From an uncultured Solibacteraceae bacterium (lineage in GTDB: Bacteria > Acidobacteriota > Terriglobia > 20CM-2-55-15): 64,000 nt of DNA. Shown here in pieces: positions 1 through 10,400 of the stretch. The notes under the pieces are model-generated. The model was not told the origin of the DNA, made no database searches, and worked only from the letters and a program-made list of their open reading frames with translations. The stretch lies in NCBI GenBank assembly GCA_964633285.1, contig CAZWGA010000028.1:960-64959 (forward strand). The letters run 5' to 3'. Both the position numbers and the translations under genes were made by a program. Each line of letters begins with the position of its first letter. Position 1 is the stretch's first letter.

Positions 1-1
1 T

Positions 2-838
2 CCATCAACGGCCGCACAGACAATCGCAAGCGAAGCCGCGAACGCCGGTCCGATTGTTATTCGACGTTCGATTTGCGCTGAATTACTGGAACTCAACCGG
101 CAGGGATACCTGAACGGGCATACGCCTTTTTCCGCGTATCTCGCATTTCTCGGCGCGGCCTGTCTTCTGTTGTATGGCTATTCCAATGTAATCGTGTCCA
201 ACGAACGCAGTTCCGAAGAAGGCAATGTTCGATACCGCGACACCGATATCAATCATCAATACTCGAAGAGTTTCAGATTCGAGGCGCTCTTCGACGAGTA
301 TCTCGCCCGGCATCTTGTCGCGCACGGGCGATACTTCAGCCTTGTACGCTCGCTTTACGAATTGCAGATCGGAAAACTGTTCTCAAACTTTCCGGGATTC
401 TTCAATCAATTCAAGAGCTGCAATCGAAACCGCTCGGACTCGTGGTGCGGGCAGTGTCCGAAATGCGTTTCGGTCTTCCTGACGATGTATCCCTTTGTGC
501 CGCGCTCGATTCTTACGAAGATTTTCGGTGCGGACCTCTTTTCCCGGGACGAAACGATTCCGATACTTCGCGAACTCGCGGGGTTCGATGTGAAACCCTT
601 CGAATGCGTCGCAACCACGGCAGAAATCAAGGCCGCGCTTGCTCTCGCCATCGCGGATCTTCGAGAGCGCGGTGAGTCGCTGCCGCCGGTGCTGAGCTTT
701 GCCGCTCAAAACGTCCCGGAAGTTCATGACACGCGTTCGGCGGCAGCTCTCCTCGCCTCTTATGGTCCTCACCGGATTCCTCAGGAGTTTGAAAACGTTT
801 TAACCAGGGCTTTGAAGAGATTGCCGCGTTCCCTGTAA
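2..838 (+). CDS. murL: UDP-MurNAc-L-Ala-L-Glu epimerase MurL (5'-truncated at window edge)
   Basis: The frame is open from nt 2 (PSTAAQ...GYLNGHTPFSAYLAF...) into ORF 170..838. It carries MurL-like motifs NGH-x-P, SNERSS, NHQYSKS-x-x-FE, SCN and WCGQCPKC, and lies next to a MurD2-type ligase. Confidence 0.85.
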   Translation, partial: PSTAAQTIASEAANAGPIVIRRSICAELLELNRQGYLNGHTPFSAYLAFLGAACLLLYGYSNVIVSNERSSEEGNVRYRDTDINHQYSKSFRFEALFDEYLARHLVAHGRYFSLVRSLYELQIGKLFSNFPGFFNQFKSCNRNRSDSWCGQCPKCVSVFLTMYPFVPRSILTKIFGADLFSRDETIPILRELAGFDVKPFECVATTAEIKAALALAIADLRERGESLPPVLSFAAQNVPEVHDTRSAAALLASYGPHRIPQEFENVLTRALKRLPRSL

Positions 839-2136
839 TCCTTGAAGGTTCCGAAGCTTGGAGAAGCGGGAGACAGCAGGCAGATCGATCCTTGAGGCGT
901 GTGTGCGTACGCAAGTGTGACGGCCTGATCCATCGTGCTTACGAAGAAGGCCTGAGGCAAGGCCGCGTTCGAATACTGTTCGATTGCCCGCCAGATACGC
1001 GCGCCTGTCGTGGGGAAGAGAATCACGGTTTTGACATTCTCCGGAAGATTCGATGCGAAGTGTTTGAAATCGAGATGACGTTCGTGCCCGCCCAGGATCA
1101 GCGTATGAACTCGCGGGCCCAGGGCTTCCAGAGCGCCCAGAGTTGCTTCCGGCACTGTCGCGATCGAATCATCGTAGAACGTGATGCCTCGAAACGTGCC
1201 GGCAAGTTCGAGCCGGTGGGGAAGCGGTTTGAATGTGCGAATCGCGTCCCGAATGACATCAGAAGGCACATTGCACAAAGATGCGGTTGTTGCGGCGGCG
1301 AACACATTCTCGAGATTGTATTTGCCGGGAAGCGGTATCTCTCCGACCGAATCAGGCTGACGGTGTGTGCTGAAAGGTTTCAGGCGCGCTTTCGATCGAG
1401 CCGCGATTGCAGCCGGAATCTCATGACCGGAGTTAAACACGAGGAAGTCGTCCTCCGTTTGAAACCGGGTGATGTTTTCCTTCGCGGCAACGTAGTCTTC
1501 AAATGTGGCGTAGTAATCCAGATGCTCGGGAACGATATTCAAAAGCACCGCAATGTGCGCGCTCGTTTCCAGTTCGGCCAGTTGATGGCTCGAGAATTCA
1601 TGCACAAAAATCGTGTCGCGCGATACTTCGTCGATTCGGGCCAGCGGCGGCCGACCGATATTGCCCGCAAGTTCCGCCGGGATTTCAGCCGATTCCAGGA
1701 TGTGATGGATGAGTGCTGTTGTTGTGCTCTTACCTTTCGTTCCCGTAACGGCGATTACTTTTTCGCGCGGATAGTTGCTCAGGAAAATCTGCGAATGCGA
1801 GGTCAGATAGCATCCGGCCTTGACCGCACCAGCGATTTCTTTCATCGATGCCGGGATGCCGGGTGTCTTGACGATGACGTCACATTTTGCCGGATCGAGC
1901 GAATCCAGATAGTCTGAACCCAGGTAAAGCTGCAGCGCCGGATCGTGCTTCAGGCGATCCACGACGTCTTCCGGGAATTCCTCTAATGGCCGCCGATCCG
2001 AGATGGCCAGTACCTTTTCCGGCCATCGTTTTCTGAGGAATCCGTACGTTGCCTGACCTTCCGTTCCAAAGCCCAGAATGACGATGGATTTTTCCGCGAG
2101 CTGGCTGAGACCTGATTTGTCCGCCGTATTAACCAC
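781..2136 (-). CDS. murD2: UDP-MurNAc-L-Ala--(L/D)-glutamate ligase, MurD2-type
   Basis: Mur ligase motifs KTPGIP, TGTKGKSTT, GNIG, EFSSHQL, LNIVPEHLDY, PHRLE, DDSIAT and LSPASPSF. TGTKGKSTT and DSIAT differ from canonical MurD (TGTNGKTT, DSKAT). GTG start with AGGAAG SD. The 3' end overlaps murL by 58 nt. Confidence 0.85.
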   Translation of the reverse strand: MVNTADKSGLSQLAEKSIVILGFGTEGQATYGFLRKRWPEKVLAISDRRPLEEFPEDVVDRLKHDPALQLYLGSDYLDSLDPAKCDVIVKTPGIPASMKEIAGAVKAGCYLTSHSQIFLSNYPREKVIAVTGTKGKSTTTALIHHILESAEIPAELAGNIGRPPLARIDEVSRDTIFVHEFSSHQLAELETSAHIAVLLNIVPEHLDYYATFEDYVAAKENITRFQTEDDFLVFNSGHEIPAAIAARSKARLKPFSTHRQPDSVGEIPLPGKYNLENVFAAATTASLCNVPSDVIRDAIRTFKPLPHRLELAGTFRGITFYDDSIATVPEATLGALEALGPRVHTLILGGHERHLDFKHFASNLPENVKTVILFPTTGARIWRAIEQYSNAALPQAFFVSTMDQAVTLAYAHTPQGSICLLSPASPSFGTFKDYRERGNLFKALVKTFSNS

Positions 2137-2147
2137 ACTGTCTTCCT

Positions 2148-2423
2148 ATGCGTGAACTCGATCAGGATACACCCGGATTATTCGATGCGCCTCCGCCTCC
2201 CACGACTTCTCAAGCCCGCGACTTCGTGCGGTGGTGCTGTAGTTTCGGCGGCGATTTCCGAAACAGTCCCGACATCAGCAACCTTCGATACTGGGCGCAG
2301 AAAAACAAAATCAACATTAAAGATCGGGATGAAATTTCCATTCTGGAAGCCGCCCGGGAGGCTTTTCTGAAGCGCGTTCAGCAGTCGGTTCGGAAGGCAG
2401 AGCAGCCGGCAATGCCGAATTAG
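2148..2423 (+). CDS. hypothetical protein (91 aa)
   Basis: Fills the murD2-padR gap with a protein-like composition. An in-frame TAA at 2130 fixes the start. No SD. Confidence 0.55.
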   Translation: MRELDQDTPGLFDAPPPPTTSQARDFVRWCCSFGGDFRNSPDISNLRYWAQKNKINIKDRDEISILEAAREAFLKRVQQSVRKAEQPAMPN

Positions 2424-2481
2424 CAGACATACCGATTGCAATCCGTCAATTCTGTTAACTCCGCCGCGCTTCTTTTTTTTA

Positions 2482-2517
2482 GTAGACGCCCTATACAATA
2501 TTCCGTAGGCTGTCTAC
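2482..2517 (+). promoter_or_regulatory. padR promoter: -10 TACAAT (2494-2499) flanked by two GTAG-N5-CTA(C/T) palindromes (probable PadR operators)
   Basis: GTAGACGCCCTAT at 2482-2494 and GTAGGCTGTCTAC at 2505-2517, directly upstream of the padR ATG at 2521. Confidence 0.6.
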
Positions 2518-2520
2518 ATA

Positions 2521-2874
2521 ATGAATCAACAACCTTCGCGCGTGGAATTCCTGCAAGGAACACTGGACCTTCTGATTTTGCGAACGCTGCTTGGCGGGCC
2601 GGCTCATGGCCACGCCATCGGCAGGCACATCCAGCGCAGTTCTGAAGATCTGCTGCAAGTCGAAACGGGATCCCTCTATCCGGCGCTCCATCGGTTGGAG
2701 GCGCAGGGCTTGATTGCTGCGGAGTGGGATCTGTCAGACAAGGGCAAGCGCGCTCGCTTTTACCGCCTGACGCCGCGAGGAAAGAAACATTTGATAGCGG
2801 AGCAGTCCAAGTGGCAGGCCTTTTCCCGGGCCGTCGGATTGATTCTGAATCCTGCGGATCAGGAGGGGCAGTGA
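2521..2874 (+). CDS. PadR-family transcriptional regulator (acidobacterial type)
   Basis: LQGTLDLLIL, HGHAI, GSLYPALHRLE and RARFYRLTPRG winged-helix signature. Confidence 0.95.
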   Translation: MNQQPSRVEFLQGTLDLLILRTLLGGPAHGHAIGRHIQRSSEDLLQVETGSLYPALHRLEAQGLIAAEWDLSDKGKRARFYRLTPRGKKHLIAEQSKWQAFSRAVGLILNPADQEGQ

Positions 2875-5624
2875 CGCCATTCCTTCGCAAATTAGGCTGG
2901 TTGATCGGGCGGCGACGCAAAGAAGACGAACTGCAGGAAGAACTTCAGTTTCACATCGACGAGGAAGCCGAAGAGCGCCGGGCGCAGGGCTTCACGACGG
3001 AAGACGCGCATCGAGCGGGCCGCCGGGATCTCGGCAATATGGCATTGGTCCAGGAGGACACGCGCGCGAGCTGGGGCTGGACTTTTCTGGAACAATTCTT
3101 CCAGGACATCCGTTACGCGCTACGCACAATGTCGGCGAACCGGCTGTTTACATTGCTTGCCGTGGTGTCGTTCGCTTTAGCCATCGGCGCCAATACCGCG
3201 ATCTACAGCTTTATGGATGCGGTTCTCTTTCGTGTGTTGCCTGTCCATAATCCAGATTCGTTGGTACTGCTTAACTGGCAAAAGCGCGCCCCCGAGCGCC
3301 GTACCGACGGCTCTCCTTCAGATGTCGTCCATGGCATGGACGGCAACATCTTCAACGACGACGGCATACAGAACAGCGGGATCTTTCCGTATCCTGCTTT
3401 CGAGTTGCTGCGCAAGTCCGACCTCTTTTCAACGTTGTTCGCCTACACTCCGGCGCGGAATTTGAGCATTACGATTCAGAAGCATTCTGAAATGACCGAT
3501 GGAGTCTACGTTTCCGGCGACTTCTTCAACGGACTTCAGATCTCTCCGGCCGCAGGCCGGCCGATTATCCCTGACGACGATCGAGCCGGCGCTCCCGCGG
3601 TCGCGGTAATCAGTTATGCAGTGGCGCAAAGCCGTTTTGGAAATGCGTCCAATGCCGTCGGACAGTCGTTCTTCATCGATAACATTCCCTTCACCATTGT
3701 TGGCGTCGCTCCCCCGGAGTTTTTCGGCGTGGATCCCGCATGGGCTCCCAAAGTGTTTCTACCGATGCACGCCAATCTCGTTGTTCCGGACGGACCATTC
3801 CCAACAGACCCGAAGGCATACCTGGACAATAACTATTACTGGGTTGAGGTGATGGGACGCCTCCGTCCGGGAACGAGTCTTGCCGGCGCGCAGGCTGCTC
3901 TCGTGGAACCGTTCCAGCAGTGGGTCGCGACCACCGCCACTACGGATTGGGAACGGTCGGATCTGCCGAAACTCCGATTGGTCGAGGGCGCGACCGGACC
4001 GGATCCACTACGCCGCCGGTACGCGCGGCCGTTGGTTGTGCTGACGATATTGGTTGCACTGATCCTGGCCATTGCGTGCGCCAACATCGCCAATCTTTTG
4101 CTCGCCCGGGCAACGGCGCGCACGCGCGAGATCTCGCTGAGGCTCAGCCTGGGCGCCGGGCGTCTACGAGTGATCCGGCAACTGCTGACTGAAAGTGTCG
4201 TGCTCGCGTCCGTGGGTGGCATTCTCGGGATCCTTGTCGCAATCTATGGCATTCGCTTTCTCACCACATTGTTGGCGATCGATTCGATGGCCGTTCTGCC
4301 ACGCGCCGAATTGAACTGGAATGTGCTAGCGGTCGCGGTTGTCTTGTCTGTGATCACGGGACTGCTCTTTGGTCTCGCTCCGGCGCTCGGACTCATCCGC
4401 GCCGATCTCGTAGCCGGCCTCAAAGAGACCCGAGCAGGCATTCGGCCAGTGCGAAGGCGGCTCTCGTCGCTCGACGTTCTGGTCGTTTCTCAGGTTGTGC
4501 TGTCGCTCCTGATGCTGGTCGCCGCGGGTTTGTTTGTCCGGACGCTATCCAATTTGCGCTCGGTCGACGTCGGATTCAACACCCGCAACCTTTTGCTCTT
4601 CGAAATCAATGCCCGCCAGGCCGGATACAAAGGCGCGGAAATGATTTCGTTTTACGAAGACCTCAAGAGACGCTTTGCTGCCGTGCCGGGTGTTGCCGGT
4701 CTCAGCATGTCGAATCGTCCCATCATCACCGCGGGTTTTTCACTAGGCATCCGCGTGAATGGCCGGCTGATAGAGAATCGGGATACGCGGATGCTGCTGG
4801 TCGGCCCCGGTTTTTTCTCGACGCTGCAGATTCCAATCGTCATGGGCCGTGAGATCGACGAGCGCGAGAAGCCGGGTTCGCCAATGACGGCCGTAGTCAG
4901 CGAACTGTTCGCTCGATCGGCGTTCGGTGATGAAAACCCTATTGGACGGCATGTGATGGTCGGACGTGATCAACGTGAAGCCGAAATCGTCGGTGTGGCG
5001 AAAGATGCGCGGTATGGCGGACTGAAGCGGCCCTTACCGGCCGTCGTGTACGTCCCATACAATCAGAGCTCATCTACATTCGCGGATCGCATGACGTTTG
5101 AGTTGCGTACGGCGGATAATCCCCTGCTTCACGTCAATACGATCCGTGAGATTGTGCGCAGCCTGAATCCTCTCGTCCCCGTTGCAAAGATGACGACGCA
5201 GACGGCCCAGATCGAGGAGACCATCAGTCAGGAAATCATGTTTGCGCGCGTCTGCACCGCTTTTGCCATTCTCGCACTGGCCATCGCGTGCGTCGGATTG
5301 TACGGCACCGTGGCATACAACGTGGCCAGGCGAACCAGCGAGATCGGAATTCGCATGGCGCTTGGCGCCCCGCGCGCCGGCGTGATGCGCATGATCCTGC
5401 AAAAAGTCCTGGCTCTGGTACTCGTTGCCCTTGGGATTGGCTTGCCGGTCGCATTGAAGGCGTCCACGTACGTGAAAGCCTTTCTGTTTGCAATGACGCC
5501 AACGGACGCATGGACAATGGGCGCCGCGATTTTAATCCTGGTAACAGGCTCGCTGTTGGCCGCGTTCGTTCCCGCACACCGAGCCTCCCGCATCGATCCT
5601 CTGGTTGTGCTACGGCACGAGTAA
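2871..5624 (+). CDS. ADOP / MacB-FtsX-like duplicated ABC permease
   Basis: GTG start overlaps the padR stop (GTGA) with AGGAGG SD. N-terminal 'EDELQEELQFHI' segment, QDIRYALR, LAIGANTAIYS, CANIANLLLAR, REISLRLSLGAGR, EIGIRMALGA and RASRIDP motifs. Confidence 0.93.
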   Translation: MTPFLRKLGWLIGRRRKEDELQEELQFHIDEEAEERRAQGFTTEDAHRAGRRDLGNMALVQEDTRASWGWTFLEQFFQDIRYALRTMSANRLFTLLAVVSFALAIGANTAIYSFMDAVLFRVLPVHNPDSLVLLNWQKRAPERRTDGSPSDVVHGMDGNIFNDDGIQNSGIFPYPAFELLRKSDLFSTLFAYTPARNLSITIQKHSEMTDGVYVSGDFFNGLQISPAAGRPIIPDDDRAGAPAVAVISYAVAQSRFGNASNAVGQSFFIDNIPFTIVGVAPPEFFGVDPAWAPKVFLPMHANLVVPDGPFPTDPKAYLDNNYYWVEVMGRLRPGTSLAGAQAALVEPFQQWVATTATTDWERSDLPKLRLVEGATGPDPLRRRYARPLVVLTILVALILAIACANIANLLLARATARTREISLRLSLGAGRLRVIRQLLTESVVLASVGGILGILVAIYGIRFLTTLLAIDSMAVLPRAELNWNVLAVAVVLSVITGLLFGLAPALGLIRADLVAGLKETRAGIRPVRRRLSSLDVLVVSQVVLSLLMLVAAGLFVRTLSNLRSVDVGFNTRNLLLFEINARQAGYKGAEMISFYEDLKRRFAAVPGVAGLSMSNRPIITAGFSLGIRVNGRLIENRDTRMLLVGPGFFSTLQIPIVMGREIDEREKPGSPMTAVVSELFARSAFGDENPIGRHVMVGRDQREAEIVGVAKDARYGGLKRPLPAVVYVPYNQSSSTFADRMTFELRTADNPLLHVNTIREIVRSLNPLVPVAKMTTQTAQIEETISQEIMFARVCTAFAILALAIACVGLYGTVAYNVARRTSEIGIRMALGAPRAGVMRMILQKVLALVLVALGIGLPVALKASTYVKAFLFAMTPTDAWTMGAAILILVTGSLLAAFVPAHRASRIDPLVVLRHE

Positions 5625-5672
5625 GTTGAAAGTCCTCCCCCGACGTCCGGCAACAGATATGAACGCTCGCCT

Positions 5673-5701
5673 TTGACTTTGGCATGTCGACTCACTATCC
5701 T
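5673..5701 (+). promoter_or_regulatory. sigma70-type promoter TTGACT-N17-TATCCT
   Basis: Exact 17-nt spacer, 23 nt upstream of ATG 5725, which has a GGAGG SD. Confidence 0.6.
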
Positions 5702-5724
5702 AGCGCGCAATCCGGAGGCTCTCC

Positions 5725-7350
5725 ATGCGCCAATCGATCGCGATCGTATTATGTCTTCTGCTCCCGTCGGCGTTTTTCACGCAACCGCAGACATCCGCGG
5801 TAAAGAATAGTTTTCAGGAAGTCACGTCGCATCTCGATCCAGGCGGGAATCTCTACGTTTATTTGAGTACGGAAGAATGGTTCAAGGATCTGACGACGCA
5901 GATCAATCAATTTCGCGACCTCGTCGCCGCGGTTCCGAATACCACTCCGGCAGACAGACAGAACACGAATCTCGCCTTCGGCCTCCTGTCAAATCTCGTC
6001 AAGCGGAGCGGTATCGAGGAAATCAGTGGTTTCGGTATGAGTTCGGTGGCAGTTGAAAAAGGCTTGTATCAAAGCAAATCGATGCTGCATCACTATCGCG
6101 GCAACGATTCCGGTTTCCTCTGGTCGATATTCGGAAAGCAGGCCCACGCGCTGGATGGACTGGACCTGCTGCCGGCGAATACGGCTTTCGCCGCGTTTTC
6201 CGATCTGGACCTGTTCTTACTGTGGTCCATCCTGGACAGGGAAATCGAACAATCAGGAATTCCCGGCGCCCCTCAGGGACTGCAAACGTTTCGTAGCCAG
6301 TTCACGGCAGCGAGTGGAGTGAATTTTGACAGAGCGATTGCGTCACTCGGGGGTGAATGCGGGGTTGTATTCACGCTGGATGAAAACGGGAACAACAATG
6401 CATTCCTTCCCGGGACGACCATTCCGATTCCGGAGTTCGCGCTCATGCTGGCATGCAAGGTTAAAGACGACACGATCTTCGATGCTCTGGACTCCAGTCT
6501 TAGAACCAATCCACAGGTCATTCGAACGAATCGCGGCGGCCTTCGAATGAGGACCATTCCTTCTCCGGCTCCGGCTCCCATCAACATTCGGCCCTCCATC
6601 GCCCGAAGCGACAATTATCTTTTTATTGCTTCGAACGATGTGGTGATCGAGGCGGCTCTCGCAGCGAAAGCCGGGACAAGGCCGGGACTGAAATCCACGG
6701 ATGAATTCCGAAAACTATCGCAGCGAGTCCCCGTCCAGGGAAACTCATTTACATTCCGAAGCAGCAGAATCGCAGACATTCTGGCAACACTGGCACGCCT
6801 GCAGGCTCCCGCGACCGGCGATGCCACGCAGGTTCAGATGCTGTCCAATTTATTCGGTACGCCTGGCATTGCCGGGTCATATTCCGTCGGAGCGAATTCG
6901 GATGAAGGCTTTCTATATACGGGGAATGGTGGTCAGAATCCAGCGACAACGCTGTTCCTGCTTCCCGCTTCAGCCGTGACGTTGATTGTGGCGACGATTG
7001 CTATTCCCAGCCTCCTGCGTTCAAGGCAGGCCGCACAGGAATCCTCGGCTGTGGCGAATCTGAGGACGATTGCGACGGCGGAAGTTACTTATGCCGCGAC
7101 CACGCGCGGAAATTACGCGAACCTTCCAACGCTCATTCGCGAAGGATTGTTGGATTCACGCTTCGCCGGCGCGGTCAGTGGATACGAATTTACGATCACC
7201 TTAGCCGGCGGAAGCTATACGGCCACGGCAAATCCGGTGACACCGAATGCCGGGCGCTACGGTTATTTCGTGGGTACTGACGCCGTTGTCCGATACTCCA
7301 GAACACCGAACCTGGCCCCAACGGGACAGACCGGAAGACCTGTGCAATAA
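5725..7350 (+). CDS. secreted/membrane protein with a large N-terminal domain (DUF3352-like) fused to a C-terminal type IV pilin-like domain
   Basis: N-terminal signal peptide. The C-terminal segment 'IVATIAIPSLLRSRQAAQESSAVANLRTIATAEVTY...SGYEF...ATANP...GRYGYF' resembles pilin/GspG alpha1 plus globular head. DUF3352 similarity is an impression only. Confidence 0.65.
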   Translation: MRQSIAIVLCLLLPSAFFTQPQTSAVKNSFQEVTSHLDPGGNLYVYLSTEEWFKDLTTQINQFRDLVAAVPNTTPADRQNTNLAFGLLSNLVKRSGIEEISGFGMSSVAVEKGLYQSKSMLHHYRGNDSGFLWSIFGKQAHALDGLDLLPANTAFAAFSDLDLFLLWSILDREIEQSGIPGAPQGLQTFRSQFTAASGVNFDRAIASLGGECGVVFTLDENGNNNAFLPGTTIPIPEFALMLACKVKDDTIFDALDSSLRTNPQVIRTNRGGLRMRTIPSPAPAPINIRPSIARSDNYLFIASNDVVIEAALAAKAGTRPGLKSTDEFRKLSQRVPVQGNSFTFRSSRIADILATLARLQAPATGDATQVQMLSNLFGTPGIAGSYSVGANSDEGFLYTGNGGQNPATTLFLLPASAVTLIVATIAIPSLLRSRQAAQESSAVANLRTIATAEVTYAATTRGNYANLPTLIREGLLDSRFAGAVSGYEFTITLAGGSYTATANPVTPNAGRYGYFVGTDAVVRYSRTPNLAPTGQTGRPVQ

Positions 7351-7387
7351 AAAAAGGGCCGGCGCCGCCCCACAGCGGCGCCGGCCC
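7349..7387 (-). terminator. Rho-independent terminator of the minus-strand TonB-dependent receptor
   Basis: Perfect 13-bp stem GGGCCGGCGCCGC (7356-7368) / GCGGCGCCGGCCC (7375-7387), 6-nt loop, followed by U7 on the minus strand. Confidence 0.9.
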
Positions 7388-7435
7388 GAGGCCAAACACG
7401 AGGATTTTGGGTTGGCCGAACTCTAATGACTCAAA

Positions 7436-10400
7436 TCAAAAATGCACCTTTGCCGTTAACTGGAGCTGGCGTGCATTGCTCGCATACACGCGATCCCATG
7501 CCGCGAAGTCCACATTTCCCGGTGTCAGGTAATTTGTTTCTCCGGAGTGGGCGGAATTGTTGACGCGATTGGGCCGGCCGGGAATGTATTGAGGATGGTT
7601 GATTGCGTTGTACATATCCACGCGGAATTCAACCTTGTAATGTTCCTTGAAGGGAACAATCTTGGCGACGCTCATGTCGAAGTTATCGACTGGACGCATC
7701 TGCAGAATGTTCCGCCCGGAAGTGGTAAAGACGCCGGGGCGGGCGCGAATGTAATACGCATTCGGATTGTTGACGAGGTATGCCACCGTCTGCGTCGCGC
7801 CGTTGCGCACGGATGTCAGAGCTGTAATGTCGCTTGAAACACCGCGTGTGCCGCTGTTGTTCAGAACAACTCGATCCGTGGCTGCGTCTCCATTAAGGTT
7901 TGCATCCATGGCGCTCTGCGGTGTGGCGTATTCCGGAGATTCATAAAGCCACGCTCCACCGAATTGCCAATGGCCTACAACCTTCTGCAGGAGCAGATTC
8001 GAGCTTCGCTCGAACCATGGTGTTTCGTATTCCCACAGGAAGGTCGCGCGCTGCCTGCGGTCCAGTGCGGAGCTGGCCCATTCCTTTCTTACGTTGTTGA
8101 AGTCTTCAGGGCGCCGCGGTGACAGCGTCGTGGAATTCACTTCGGCAGTGCTGTCATCCATGAGATGACTCCACGTGTAGCCCGCCTTGAACAGCAGGTG
8201 ATTCGAGAATCGTTTGTTCAAATCGATCGCGAGTCCGTGGTAAATCGAATTTCCCTGCGGAACGTACGCCGTAATCGGAAGTGTGAAGCCAAAGGGCCTG
8301 TACGGATTCCCGATAGCTGAATCGCGCTCCGAAGTAAGCTGAGCGAGCGTCAACGGCAGAGCATCCAGCGTTGACTGCGCCGGTTGTGAGAAGAACAGCG
8401 GCAGATTGTGATTCGCGGTAACGACCGCATTTCGATTCAACTGGGTCTGGAAGAGAAGATGAACTCCTCGATTGCCGAGGTAACGCACTTCAGCCGTGTA
8501 GTCCTTGCCGAACGTTCGCTGTACGCCAAGGTTCCAGTTGATGGAGTAGCCCAGTTTCTGATCCCCGAGATACGACGAGGTTGCGGCGCGAGCTGTATCC
8601 GGGCTAGCCGCGACCGGAACTGCATCGGGACGGATACCCCCGCGGGCAAGATATCCCGTGAGATTATCCTTCAGGGTTTCATCAACCGTCGACGTGGCCT
8701 GCGGCGGCCGGGCATTCGTGCCGACGTTGTCGAAGATCAGATCGTAGGCGATACCGAATCCGCCGCGGATCGATGTCGTTGCGCTATTCCCCGGTGTGTA
8801 TGCGAAACCGATGCGCGGCGCGAAATCCTTCCTCTGCGCGGCAGGCGCACGGAATGTGATCAATCCGGGAACATCTGCAATGCGGTTGAGATCGAATTCC
8901 TTCATCGATGTTGGAACCGATGAATATTCGTAACGCAGGCCAAGATTGACCGTGAGACTCCGCATCACCTGCCAGTTGTCATTCGCGTAGAAAAACAACT
9001 GATAATTATTCCCGTTGTAATTGCCTCCAATCGGGCCGATGACGTTCCGTTGCGCCAGGGCATCTGGTGTCAGGTCGCGAAGGAAGCGATCGAGATTCGA
9101 GTAGTTGTAGTCGCCGCGAACACGCTGAATGAATGGAGGGCAGGAGCACGCAATCAGATCGCGGCCATCGAAGCCGAATTTCATGTCGTGTCTTGATTTC
9201 ACCCAGCTCAGATTCTCGGAAAGCTGATATGTGTTCTGACGCGTGGCCTGCGGCGCGTTGGGATTGGGGCCAATCTGGAGATTCAAGTCCTGTTGGATTT
9301 GAAGATTCGGAAATTTGTCGAGACCGGGAAACTTGAAGTCTCCCGCGGACGTGACGCTTGTGTAACGGTTGTATCCAAGCCGCAGTTCATTCGTCATCAC
9401 CGGCGAGAATGTGTGAAGTTCGGATACGGAGATAAACGCCTGCCGGATCGGCCGCGGTAAATAAAAGACCGGCAGATTGACCGAGCCTCCGGTGCCTGTG
9501 TCGATCGTATCGATTCGGTTTCCGATATATCGTCCGCGCCACTGATCGCGATCCGACTGGTTGTAATCCAGCGATCCAACCCAGCGATATTCGTTTTGAA
9601 AATTCGGCCCGATGATTTGAAAGGTTCCCAGAGGAACATTGACGACCGACGCCGCCGGGCACGGTACCGCCGAAACCGAACATACCGGAGTCGTCTGCGA
9701 TGCAGCCGGGGCTGCAGGTACGTATTGTTTCAGAATGCCGAGATTGGGTTGCGACAAACCTGGAATTGTCGCGAGCATGGCATAACCCGCTTCAGTCGGC
9801 GCGCGCCGTACTGCGGACGGCGTGCTTTGCTGGCCGATCGGGTTGTAATCCCAGTTTCCGAAGAAGAAGAGTTTGTTCTTGATGATGGGCCCGCCAACCT
9901 GCCCTCCCACGGTACTCTGATCGAAGCGCGCTTTCTGGAACGGAACTCCGGCCGGCGCCTGGCGTTTTTCCTTTTCATCAACGGCGTTCAGTTTGCGATT
10001 TTGAAAATATTCGTAGACGTCGCCGTGAATATCGTTGGTTCCACCTTGAAGCACCACATTGAATTGGCCACCCGAAGAGTGTCCGAATTCGGCGCTGAAC
10101 TGGTTTTGTTGAACAGAGAATTCCTTGATGCTGTCGACGGGAATATCCACGACGGTACCGGTGACATCCTTGCGATTGTTGTCCGATCCCTCGACCATGA
10201 AATTGTTGTTACGCGGCCGCTGGCCGCCGACCGACGGACCAAAGCCCACGCCCACACCGCCTGCGCTCGCCACACCGGCTCCGGCCAGCGAGAGGTTGTA
10301 GACGCCGCCTGCGACGGGATTCGCCGCGAGCGGTAAATCCGATACCATCTGGCTCGTGTAGTTATTCGTGACGTGTGCGGTTGTGGTATCGATCAAAGCC

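Noticed and set aside
892-1917. 341-aa + strand ORF
   Set aside because: Antisense shadow of murD2 with no recognisable motifs.
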